Assembly (NCBI GenBank): GCA_040954595.2
Contig: CM082582.2
Span: 9,787,483 to 9,851,482, forward strand
Source of the DNA: Balanoglossus misakiensis
Taxonomy: Eukaryota > Animalia > Hemichordata
Length of the DNA stretch: 64,000 nucleotides
Direction: 5' to 3'
Positions within the stretch are counted from its first letter, which is position 1. Each line of letters begins with the position of its first letter. The notes beneath the pieces are model-generated. The model saw nothing but the letters and a program-made list of their open reading frames with translations, was not told the DNA's origin and searched no databases. Of this stretch, positions 37,326 through 49,070 are shown piece by piece. The position numbers and the translations under genes were made by a program.

Positions 37326-39204
37326 TCACTGGGTCCTCTGCACCTTCATCAATACAGCCACTGCCATCGTCATGACGACCAACAACACACCGAGAGCGAG
37401 CAGGCACCGATGACGCCGACAGAAGGAAGGCTCTTTTAAATCGAGAGTTCTCCTCACGGACTTCTCGCTGTAGTGGACCTTGCCAGTACTCTGCATGTGA
37501 TGTGACTGTTGGGAGAGTTGAAGATAGGAATTAGCCAATGGAAATGGCCCTTAGAGATTGTACACTTGCAGATTGCAATCAATAAAGTTTGCTATAGGCA
37601 GTGAAAAGGTAAACCATTGAAAGGCAAAGTATGTTCAAAATACACAAGTTCAAGCTTGGATAATTTAAACAGTAACATGTTGACAGCAAACACCAAATAG
37701 TTCAACATTGTCTGTTGCGAGACTCACAGCACAGGGATTTATGGGAAAAACTTGTGCGAGACAATGTATTATACCAATACCACGTCTCAATCGTTGAAAT
37801 TTTTAAAGCTTTGTTAGACTCCACACCAAGTTGAGAGTTGGATATGGGCGAACGAATGCACAGCACAGCCACGTTGGCAACATGCCAGCCAAGAAATGCC
37901 AGGAGAGAGAGATTATGCAGGTCACACCTCGCCCTGGGATGATAAGAAACATAAGCAGGAAAGACATAAATAATGAAACAAGCAAGGGGATCCCCATTGT
38001 GCGAAAGGGAGCGGAAAAGATAGACTTGGACTGTATGGAGAGACCATCCTCACAGACACTGCAGAGATCCACACGTTTGATGATACCTTGATAGAGGGCC
38101 GCCTCAGCTCAGAGACGGGGCGAATGTACGGCGTGACATCCACAGACGCCGATGAGAAAGCGCCACCAAAGATGCCGGGAGTCCGCGTCGCCATCCTCGA
38201 TGCGCCACCACTGATGGCGCTACCACCGAACACCGTCGATTTGGCTACAGCTGTTGTTGAAGATGTAGTTTGGGTGGTGAGTGTGGCTTGAGCTCCTGGC
38301 GATCTACTTACAATTGTCATTTTCCCAGTCGTTGATTTACTCGATTCCTCTGTCGCAGAATGCGAATTACTGTTCTGGGTCTTCCTGACAGTTGTGTGTT
38401 TTTTCTTCACTGATTTCGTTTGCTGTTTCGGTGTTGGTGGCGGCGACTTCAAGTGTAGGATTTTAGCTTTGTCTACTCTCTGTGAAAATGGGGATGACAA
38501 GCGATGTTAAGTTTCAGATACTAGTACTCAGAAACGTCATATATTCAAAGATTATGAACCAATAAAATGACTTACAAGGTTAAATTCTGCCAAGGCATCT
38601 TTGCAATCAATCAGATGTTCCTCCGGCTCCCAGGAATCTTCACTAGGATCAAAGCCTTTCCACCTGATGAGATATTCAAGATTCCCCCTCCTCTGTCTCC
38701 TTTTCAAAATCCTCTGAACCTGTAAGGACAGATGCAGAGAAGTTGGTGACGAAGCCATAACAAAACAACACTTTGATATTGATGTAACTGGGTCATAGGT
38801 CATTTGGTGAAAGTGACACAAACTCAGACGCCGAACATTGAGAAGTGCTATAAACAGAACTGAATCGTTGCCAGTACTGGCAGTAGCACTCGCATTTGAC
38901 ACTGGCGTGTTGATCTAGCATGCCGTGTCCTCGAATTGAAGCCATTTTAATACATTGGACCGGTAGAGCAGAGCACAGTCCCGGTAAAAACGGTCCGGCC
39001 CGGAAGAACAGTGACGCTGACAGTTGGTTATGCGCGGCAATCGTTACTGACTGAGATCGCGATGGCCACAATCGCCGATTTCCGGAACCGGGCATAAATA
39101 TGGAATTTTTGAAGCACTGAAGCTAAAAAGTGTTGAAATTACTAAAGCCGTCAAGCACAAACCTCACAAATGTCTGTTTCTGATTCATTTCCAGATTCCG
39201 CCAT
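37326..39204 (-). CDS. Chromodomain protein with S/T/K-rich linker and C-terminal transmembrane tail anchor, about 252 aa
   Basis: Exons 39204-39163, 38719-38576, 38479-38087, 37505-37326, all phase 0 with GT/AG. Chromodomain CEVQRILKRRQRRGNLEYLIRWKGFDPSEDSWEPEEHLIDCKDALAEF. Last exon ends RRHRCLLALGVLLVVMTMAVAVLMKVQRTQ*. The chromodomain is solid; joining to the last exon is a splice prediction. Confidence 0.75.
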
Positions 39205-40507
39205 TTTTCCAAACAATGTCACGTGACGCGACCCTTCAGCTTGCTTTCCTTGAACGTTTTCAGACCCTCTAAGCCAATGACTACGTTCACTCCACTGTCC
39301 TGCAATTCACCCCTGTGCCTTTTATCCCGGGGATCTGCCATCTGGAAGGTTAAAAAGATAGATTCCGCGAAACTTGAAGATTTTAAAAAAAGGGTAGATT
39401 CCTAGGGGACATCGGAAGGGTTTATTGACAATTATTTGAATATTGGACACAAAATTATATTATGATACAAGCTAGTTTTGGTAGTACAATGTAACATACT
39501 TTTGCCACCCGCACCCATTTCGATTCTGCATTGCGGAGTCATCTCTCCCCCTCCCCCGTAGTTTAAGGCGTATATGTACAAATGTAACACCAAGCGGAAC
39601 TGCATGCAACACGAACGACTTCACACGTACACGGAACTATAAAGAGAGTGACATTTGTTCAGTAATGGCTCCCGGGATTTATAGCTCTGTCTGCACTTTA
39701 GAAGAACGGTCTGTAAAGCTTATTTCTAGACCATGACAGATAGTAAAACTGTTAAGCGCTATATGCAGCTGTTGGCTTCTATAAAAGTGACGAATGCTGC
39801 AATTTGATTATTAAAGAAATTATTGCCATTCTTGGAAAGTCGAACATCAGTAGTATACACGTACTCTCCCCTCCCTCCTCTGTCTGTCTTTCTGTCTGTC
39901 TGTCTGTAACGCTATCATATGAAATCAACATACTTTCGCGTCAGTCGAATGTGACTTTCTCCGGACAGTTCTTAATTGCGTAATTTTGTACATTTCACTG
40001 AACATGTACACGTAATCACACGAAATTAAAGCATCGCTCATTACTAATTACGGTGAATAGAAGCATTTCGGTCACATGCATAGGGTTTAATGCGGGTTAC
40101 ACTGTTACAACGGATCCAGCCACTTTGCTTTTTAGGTCATGCAGCTTTATATGGTAATGCGTGCACATTGAAGCAAACCAGCATTTTTGACATTTGATAG
40201 CTAAGTAGGCGAGAGAGACGTCATAATTATCACACTTTTTACTCAGAATGTATTTTGAGCAATTCCTTTAAAATCCTACCACGTTTATTTTTTCACAGTA
40301 CACGGCCCTCCCCTCTTTAGAATGGAAGTGCTCAAATAAATATTAATCAGCGTTAACATTCTGCCGTTTCGATACGACGAAGCCAACGCTTGGCGTATAT
40401 ACCGGGTGAAATACACACGGTTTGGACACGCAAGTGAGTCCGGTCGGACAGTTCCTGTCAAATCAACGGAGGGCGATATTTTAACACTATAAAATGCGCA
40501 GGTAGCC

Positions 40508-43500
40508 ATGACTGAGGAATTTTTCGCCTTCCATGGTGAAAAGCCGCGATCGACTTGGAGAAATGTCCTCATCATTGGGCTTGCGGTACTGGAAGGGTTT
40601 TTCACAACGCTGCCGTACGGATGGGCCTCGCTTGTCGTCGTTCTCAAAGCCGACGGGTTTTTCGCTGACCTGTGTCACGGCAATGTCACAGCATCGCACG
40701 CCGGCCTTACAACAACCGAACTCCCGGTGGAGACTTCGCTGTTATCGGACTTGCAGACGACGCCATTCGCGCAGTTGGCAACCGCCAACGCATCGCGGAC
40801 TTTCGAAAGTGCAGCGTACGCGGCGGGGTCGAAGGAAAGCGAGGATCATCGCACTTGTAGTGCCCAAGACGAGCGTTTGAATCTGGTATTTACAATTGCT
40901 ATATCAATGACTCTGTGCGGATGCTTTCCAACCGGTGCCATGTACGATTACTTGGGACCCAGAAAAACCCGACTCATATGTTGGTAAGTGTACGCGCTTT
41001 CAGGGTGTTGCCAACGCTGACAACAGTTAATACGAATAGTCCCACTCAGTATTGAACCTGGCTGATCGATTGTTTTTGACACAATACTGTACACTGTCAA
41101 TATGCTTAACGGCTATTAATCGAAATGTTGAGACTTGGCGTGAGATAAAATGAATTAGCACAGAACAATTTCCAACCCACCCACTGCCCTATTAGGCTTG
41201 GCCAGCTGATTTCAACGAGCCGGCGATGTCAGGGTGTGCTACTTATAATGAGTAACGTACGATATTGTAAACACAAAAGCCATTGTCACTTGTACATATT
41301 TCGGCCGTCATTCAGGCGTATCGCCTACAAACATGCCTCACACCACCATGGTTGTATTATCAGGTATGGACAAATATCTGCTGTTTGGTGTTCTAAAACG
41401 GGATATTGTGTCGCAATACGAAGCTAGGCATGTGCGAATAAAATTGCAATTGTTGTCGTGATCCTGTCCGCCGGAATGCACATGCGCAGTAACTGTTGTA
41501 CTGCTGCTAATCAATTTGATATCCTTTCGTTTTACAATAAAAGTCTTGATAGGAGCAGCGATGCAGCTTTACTATATGACAGACAAAAAAACGTCAATAT
41601 TTGACCGTTGAGCATATAAGCTTTCTGATAAAGCATGTAAAGGAGGAACTTCCCTTATCCTGCGGCGAAACCGCGCAACTGTTGCACAAGGAAGAATTTG
41701 CTATTTAAATCCCATTGACAGAGGCTTAGCATATTAACGGAACTGAGTAAAAGAACTGTTTACATAATACACAGTGTGACTTACTAGCCACCTTTTGATA
41801 TTGGCCCGAATCTACAGTCCAGCCTCGTCAAAAATATTTCCCAATGATCGGCAGTTTCATATTCAGCCAAGTATATTTTTAGCGGCATTACGCACTCTGA
41901 GTTTCGTTGTTTCATCAACATGACTCATTTGGTTTTTGCCCTTTTTGTGAGTTGAACCGCCCTATTTAGGCCTACTGTAGTGTAAAAACGTTTTTGTCCC
42001 TTGCTTTCCACACAATGGTCCTAAATGTAGGTGAAAGGGCGGCGCGTCGAGATAGGCTAATGGAGAAGGTTTATTATAACCCCTGGCGAACTTTTTTCCA
42101 GTATACGCTTGGCGAAGGATGAAAATCATCACCCTGGTTCCGTGACCCACACTGTGGTGCATTGCACGGCATAATTTGCTTTGTGTTATTTGGGACACGA
42201 ACACGATGGGGAATTGCATGTGAAAGTTGCGTAAGAAACTACAGCGCATTTGTTGTACGTAAGAATGTCGTAAATTTTGCCATTGTTTGAACAAAATAGC
42301 ATGGCAAATACAGCCGTGAGCTAAATACATGCACTTTGCATGGGTCTGTAACACATTTATCCTCATAGACTTATCCCAGAATAGTTCGAATCTTGACAGA
42401 CGGAATTTATCGTTCTTCAACCACGGAATGCCGACACGCCTGCCGACATCATTGTTCGACTCGTACCCAACCTAGAAAGTTTGCGAACCAGATGTATACT
42501 TAAAGAAACAACAACCCAGTTCTCAAACTTCCAAAGTGTGTGGGCACGATGCAACGACTCTGAGGCCGAAATAGTCATCAAGGAATGACGCAGGGGTCAG
42601 GAGATTGGGTGGTCTATTATTGGCAGAATCCAATGCATGTCTGTTTCATGTCTGTTTCATTCTAACGAGCGCGTTAACGCCGCACATTTGCCACACCTGC
42701 ATCACCCATTAAAGGTATACAGTCACCTCCAATTTACATATCGCCATATATAGTTGAAATGGCGTATTTGAGTGTTCTAAAGAACGCTTTATTTTCGCGT
42801 GTGCCACCCACTGAAATTCTGTGATTGGTTAGATCTCGATTTACCATGGTAACTGTGGCTAAATTTGTATAGGTGACCGTATACCTTTAAGGTGAAATAG
42901 ACATGGGCGTATTACATGCATTCAATGGCCCACGATTTTTAATCCCTGGCAATGGGTTCTCCTCCTGGCCAAACAGTGCAAACACCGGCCGGCCCAGTTA
43001 CTAAAAAAAATTGATCGACCATAATTTTAATTGAATTTCACCCATTGATCTCCGTCGTTTGCCAACCTAAGTCCTTTTATCAGTCTTCCTTTCGAAAGCC
43101 CACAACATGTATGTTGAAACATTTGCTCCAAATCCCATATTATAAGGACTATGTGGAAGTGAGTTCTACTGTAGAGTCACGGTTAGGGTCAAACTCTCGT
43201 TTCGCTGTCAAGGTAATTCCCCCAACACACATCCAACAGTTTATGCAGGTTCCAGCATGTCGGAACGGAAAAGGGAGACAATGTCGGCACACCATTGTTG
43301 ACAGCTCTTTCACCAACAAAAGCTTCGCTCGCAACATCATGTTATTGACTCAAAGGACGACTGTCCATATCTGTTTCTGTTATAATTTCAAAGCCCTTGC
43401 CTCCCACCTTGCAGTAGGGACCTCGACGACCGCGAAACGACCATTATAACTACAGAAACGTCTGTCCGAAAACGTGCTAACAAAAGATTGCCTTCTGTTC

Positions 43501-46500
43501 AAATTGACCTTGGTGGCGACTGCATACGGATATGACGGTCACCTTGCCTCGTTACTATTCCCCTGTTACGAATTGTGTCGAGGACTCGGGGTCAGTGAAT
43601 TTATGTAGGCGTTTTATCGTGTCTTTCACCAAATACAATAAGTAAAATAACGAGACTTTAAATGAAGTGGTGGATTTTCGTTGGTTTTTGGATGATATTA
43701 TAAAAGAATAATTATTTCGCGATATTTTTAATTAGTAAAGGTGATGGGGATTTTGCGTCATTCAATTTATCAGTCTCGATCAGAATGCACTATGTATGTG
43801 AACAGACAACATTTTTCTTGTGTACGCTATATATGCTTCCCCGCTTTCAAAACGAGTCGCTGAAAGATTAGGTGTAACAAGAAACACGTGGTCCATTAAT
43901 ATCCTTCCTCGTGCAAACCTTGAAACAGGTCACCGCATGGAGGAGCAGGATTGTTTAAATTTTCCAGTGTCACGTTCGACGGGATCATTTCATTCCTTGG
44001 ATCGCATGTCTGACATTTCGTCCTTGCCGTGAAGTCGAAGGTCGATTCGTACCAGATCATAATCCAACAACAGTTCTGAGGATTGTGTTTATGTCTACCG
44101 GGTCTTGAAGGTTACAACGTGCTTTCTTTTATAGTACAATCTTGCTCTCTGCGATAATTACTGTTTTTCTCTCTTGACGGGCGAATTTATACGTTTTCTT
44201 TCCCTTTTATGGTGAGATAGTAAATTAAAGTAGGTCGCGCAAACCTTATTTTCATTACATGCTACGTTCACCGTTCGGTCAAGATATAGGGCCTGTGTGC
44301 GCTGAATAAACAAGCGGTGCGATCATGCGATGCTGCCCACCCCAGACGCCTGTGATAAAATTAGTAAGACATGCAGATAATAGGCTATCAATCATCATTG
44401 TCACAGCTTAAACCAGTGTTATCAATGACATACATCACATTGTATGGAAATACAAATATTAATGTCGTTATCACTACAAATATTGATATCAACCGGCATT
44501 TTAAGTGGGGTGATATTTATTAACGAGTTGGTGGTTCGCGACCCATTTTTCTATCTAGAAACACGACCAGACTAGAGTAAAACGCCTCGACGAACATTAT
44601 GAGATATAAAATGAATTGGTCTTGCAATGAAGACAATGTTTGATAAGCGAAGGGGGTTAGGACAGGTGTGATAAAATTGTCGCTTATCGTCTGGTGTGAT
44701 ATAACACAGCGCCCATGCCCAGCGTTATATGACAGAAATGGGGCACTGTAAGATATGCCCAGAGTTGGTTTAAATGCCGCCCCTGTCCGTAAATTATTTT
44801 CCGTCTAGATCAATTCATGCGAGGCAACCTGTTCCACACAAACTCCACTTTGTCAAGAATGTTTATTCAATAACTGGCGGTGATATACTGTAAATTAATA
44901 CATAGACCATGCATGTGACGTCACTCGGATATTCTGCTCTAAAGCAGTACACATACCTTTATCGCGTGACACTCGCTCCAATTCGAACTGTCACCGAGAT
45001 TAGCGACATAAAAGGGGCTACACGACACAGTATAGCTGCTGCCAATCTAAATACTATATAAATAGCGTTGACCTTAATCAATTATCGGTGGCAATAAAAT
45101 TGAAGTAACTTTGATAGATTAACCTTGTAAATGTGGGTGTTATCGTTAATCAAAATCACATTTCATCAAACATGAATTTGGTGCATGGGATGGAGATAAG
45201 TCTTTCATTCCAAAATCTCTATCAATTGAACTTACAAATAGACATATGTTGCCTTCAACAAGATGTGTATGAGAACAATATCGTGCCAGCGACGGGAACA
45301 GCTGCTTGTATACCGTTTAAAGATAAAATTAGATTAAGCGTGGCCTATTCAGTCAAAATAGCCTACCAGCAATACATGTATATGCTTTCAAAGGTCAAAA
45401 TAATACCGTGGAAGGACAAAGCATAGAAATGTGATCGCAATGATCAACTTTCCGCAAAATTTACCAGAAACTTGCGAATATCGTTGTTTGTTGGAAGTAC
45501 TTATCTATGTACCATATATTTACCTTTATCCCTTATTTTCTCTTTTAGTGTCCTGTTCGAGACTGCAATAATAATGCTTATATTCTCAAACACAGGTAAG
45601 AAAAATGTTTGTATGCATCTATGTATGTATGTATCTATCTATGTATGTACATGTATTTATCTATCTATGTATGTATGTATGTACATGTATGTGTATGTAT
45701 TATGTTATATGGCTAGGTAGGCAGTTATCAATTTGTGATACTTAATCCATGTATGTTGTTTCTCCAGAAAACCCAAACACGCTGTTTCCAGCGATGGCAA
45801 TACTTGGGGTAATAGGAGCACCCATCCTTGTCAGCCTTTTTGAGGTAGGTAAACGGTATCACTCCAAAATCACTTGGAAAAATAAGTTGGTATTTCGGGT
45901 TGGTATTTCTAACACAGGCAGACCCAAGCTTTATATTCAAGTTCCTCGGCAAAGTCCAAAGACCAGCAAAGTTTTTTTTCCCCTGTGAAAGTGACACCAG
46001 TTCTTTGTTTTATTTTGTAGGTAGCAAATTCCTTTCCCAAAAGGCGATTCACTCTGGTGTCTTTGTTGAACGGAGCGTGCATGATGTCTACCACTGTCTT
46101 TCTTGGTGTTCAGGTGAGTACAGTGTCAAGTCTCTCTATTGGCCCGCGCCAGTTTCCGTGTCAACACTCACTATTGGCCAGCGGCAGTTTCAGTGTGAAG
46201 TCTCACTATTGGCCAGCGTCAGTTTCAGTGTCAAGTCTCTCTATTGGCCAGCGCCAGTTTCAGTGTCAAGTCTCTTTATTGGCCAACCATTTCACATCAA
46301 AACACAATTATTTGTATGCAGATGGGTGTTACGGAATAGGTGCTGGTCAGTTTTATGAAATCCCCGTTCATAGAACGAGATCTTCCAAAATCTCAGTGAC
46401 TTTTTGTTTATTTTTTGTCTGGTCCGCAGCAAAGGGTGACATAATAAAAAAACACGGCTATTATTAACAGACCAATATTTTTGTCCCGCAGAAAGTCTAC

Positions 46501-49070
46501 GAATTCGGAATTCCTATGCAGGTGCAGTTTGTCTTTATGTTCTTCTTCACGTCCATTTTGTTCGTGATCAACACATTCTTCGTGGTGCCCGCGGAAAAGG
46601 TGCCGTGTGCGGCGTCTCCGACGGCCAAGCCCAAGTACTACCCGGAGCTTTTCGATGAAGAGTGCGTCAGGTTGAAAGAGCACGGTTACAGAGGGGAAGG
46701 TGATTGAAATCTAACAAGTTGTCTTGATAATTACCATTTTACTTCTCACAGTCAATATATTCACGTCTTTTAGCCACGCACAGAAGTTTGAGTAATGGCG
46801 AACTCGCCAGGCAGTCTGGTTTCAATGCCTATTCTCAGAGCACCTCATTGCTGATCTCTGAATTCAATTAACACAATCATTCCACGTGTTTCACATGCAG
46901 TACTGTCGACACGTGATATCATAAACAGATATGTAATCATATTGCTTTTTACGACACTAACATGATTTATCATGTTGTTTTGTGTATGTTGCAGGGTTGA
47001 TCATACGAAACGACAGCAATTTAAACCGACAAGCAGCGTATTGTACTTCGGGTATGTATTAGTATTGCAAAATGGGTAATTTCCATTTTTTGTGAGATTT
47101 CTATTTAACATTGTTTCAAAAACGAACAATTTCCGGAGGTCAGCAGTGACACTTCCGCCATATTTGTGACGACACCATGGCAACCGCGAGTCACTGTGTT
47201 GAAGTGTGCAACTCATATTACCGGTCGTTTAACTTGCAGATCTGGATATCTTCCACCGCATACCGATGAAGACCTACAGTGCTTTCATGAACACTATCGA
47301 TTTGAACATTTTGAACCCCAGGAAAGACTCCTTTCTGAACACGATAAGAACGCCAATGTTTATTTGGTTCGTCGTCTGGTGCACTCTGATGACGTTCAGG
47401 GAGTTTTATTTCATCGGAACCTTGAACGCATTCTTGGAATTTCTGACGTCTGAACGGAGTGGTAATCAAGGTGAGCTTTGGCGATGGTTTCACGAATTCC
47501 AGACAAATAGTATAATGTGATTTAACCCCTTACACGAAGTAAAATCTATTAAAGGCAACAAGAATTCTCATATACCTCAAATAGGTTTTAGCTACCTAGG
47601 TGAGTGATGAAAATCTCATATGGTCGACACAAAAAGTAAATGAAGCAACCGCTAATGATAAAATTTGCCATTTTCTTCATCAACAGTGGATCACTACACA
47701 GCAATATTTGGCTACATATCATTTGGAGTATTAGCAATAGCGCCCTTGGTGGGTTTTCTGATGGACGCCAAGGGTGACTGCCCGCTCTTCACCTCCATTC
47801 CAGCAATTATGATAACCACCTCACACACAGTGCTTTATTCCTTCTCCGTTCTCATACCGATACTCGAAGCTCAGGTAAGGTCTCCTCCGCGTCGGGATCT
47901 TGTCGTGCGCACCTTGGTGTTTGGCGATCAGGGTCGTTTCCAGATCTGCGAGTCTTTATTGGTCTATTTTTTAATGAGTAATTTTAGTGCGTTTGTGTGT
48001 GTCGAAAAGGTTATAGTCGGCTGTAAACTTCGCGCATTGGTATTATGTAACGGGCCTATTAGTAACTATGTTGACAACAAAGACGCACATCTGTGCATCG
48101 GCGCTGGCCAATTAAAGTTGACGCTGTCAGTTTTTCATTTTAATGTGGTTCTATTTTTTTCTTACAGTGGGTTACGTTTGTGTTGGTGACAATACAACGA
48201 GGTTTTATCCACGGCGTACTGTCTTCCTTTATAGGCATGGCGTAAGTACGGTTTCTTATTTTCAAGGATGAGCAGCAGCGTTAAAACAAATCCCCTGAAA
48301 ATAGCTGCTCGCATCCTCCAGCGCAACACATCTGCCTCTGTTTCCCCATTTGCATGTTATGTCGTCCATCATGCATGTACAGTAGCCCAGCTGGATAACA
48401 TCCAACTTGGATATCGCCCTCGTGCGGTCGATGAATTTCCGTGGATGTCGCGTCTCACCAGAACGTTTAGTGGCAACAGTGAACAGCGATTCGTTTTCCC
48501 ATATCTTTTTACGAACAGGTTCCCTCAGGACCATTACGGAAAGTTCTACGGCATGGTCTATCTCATTGCTGGCTTAGTTACGCTGTTGCAAAACCCACTC
48601 TTCGCGCTGTCCCAGAGTTTTCCGAACGCAGATCCGTTTTATGTAAGTAAAGAGTTTTTTGTTGTCAGAATCCTACACCGATGCCTCCACTCCCGTGTCA
48701 TTTTTTTCGTGTGTGAACCTGGTTAAAACTGCGTGTTTAGGCTGTTTTTTTGTAAGATGAACGACTGCAGAAGAGATTAGACGCATGGATTGTGACAAAT
48801 ACTGGAAATGTAAAGATGGTTGACTTGAATTCTAAAAACGAATGTGAGTCCCTCTCCGCACCAGGCTATGCGCATACTCACGTGTGTTATGCGTTCTTAT
48901 CCAATCACCAACAGGTCAACCTTGGGATTCTCATCGTGACGATGCTGGCTCACGGCCATCCGATATACTTGTGGTATTACTGCGACAGGGAAATTCGACG
49001 GAAAATAGAAGACAGACAAGAGCAGAAAACAACAACGTTGTTGTTGACTAATGCAGACGGATACATATAA
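40508..49070 (+). CDS. SLC43-family MFS transporter (LAT3/LAT4/SLC43A3-like), about 576 aa
   Basis: Exons 40508-40983, 45549-45595, 45768-45844, 46021-46113, 46492-46699, 46995-47051, 47240-47470, 47687-47874, 48168-48241, 48519-48642, 48915-49070 (1731 nt). Motifs GWASLVVVLKADGFFADLC, CSAQDERLNLVFTIA, GAMYDYLGPRKTRL, LLQNPLF and DPFYVN are typical of SLC43. Confidence 0.88.
42709..42890. mobile_element. Non-autonomous DNA transposon (MITE) with TTAA target-site duplication, Kolobok-like termini
   Basis: TTAA (42709-42712) + AGGTATACAGTCACCT ... AGGTGACCGTATACCT + TTAA (42887-42890): 16-bp TIR with 1 mismatch around a 174-bp non-coding element in intron 1 of the SLC43 gene. Confidence 0.75.
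45608..45705 (+). repeat. (GTAT/CTAT)n degenerate microsatellite
   Basis: Repeated GTAT/CTAT tetramers in SLC43 intron 2. Confidence 0.75.
46121..46285 (+). repeat. Intronic minisatellite, 35-bp unit, about 4.7 copies
   Basis: Unit approximately CAGTGTCAAGTCTCTCTATTGGCCAGCGCCAGTTT repeated just after the donor of SLC43 exon 4. Confidence 0.85.

Noticed and set aside
38576-38719. Chromovirus (Gypsy) integrase-derived chromodomain
   Set aside because: No integrase, RT or LTR sequence nearby, and the domain is split by a spliceosomal intron within a normal gene structure.
38793-39095. Alternative coding first exon for the chromodomain gene (MASIRGHG...)
   Set aside because: No in-frame donor found joining it to the chromodomain exon, whereas 39204-39163 splices in phase and restores the xEV motif.
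41519-41527. ATATCCTTT U12-type donor motif
   Set aside because: Lies deep in SLC43 intron 1 with no adjoining exon; all modelled introns are GT-AG.
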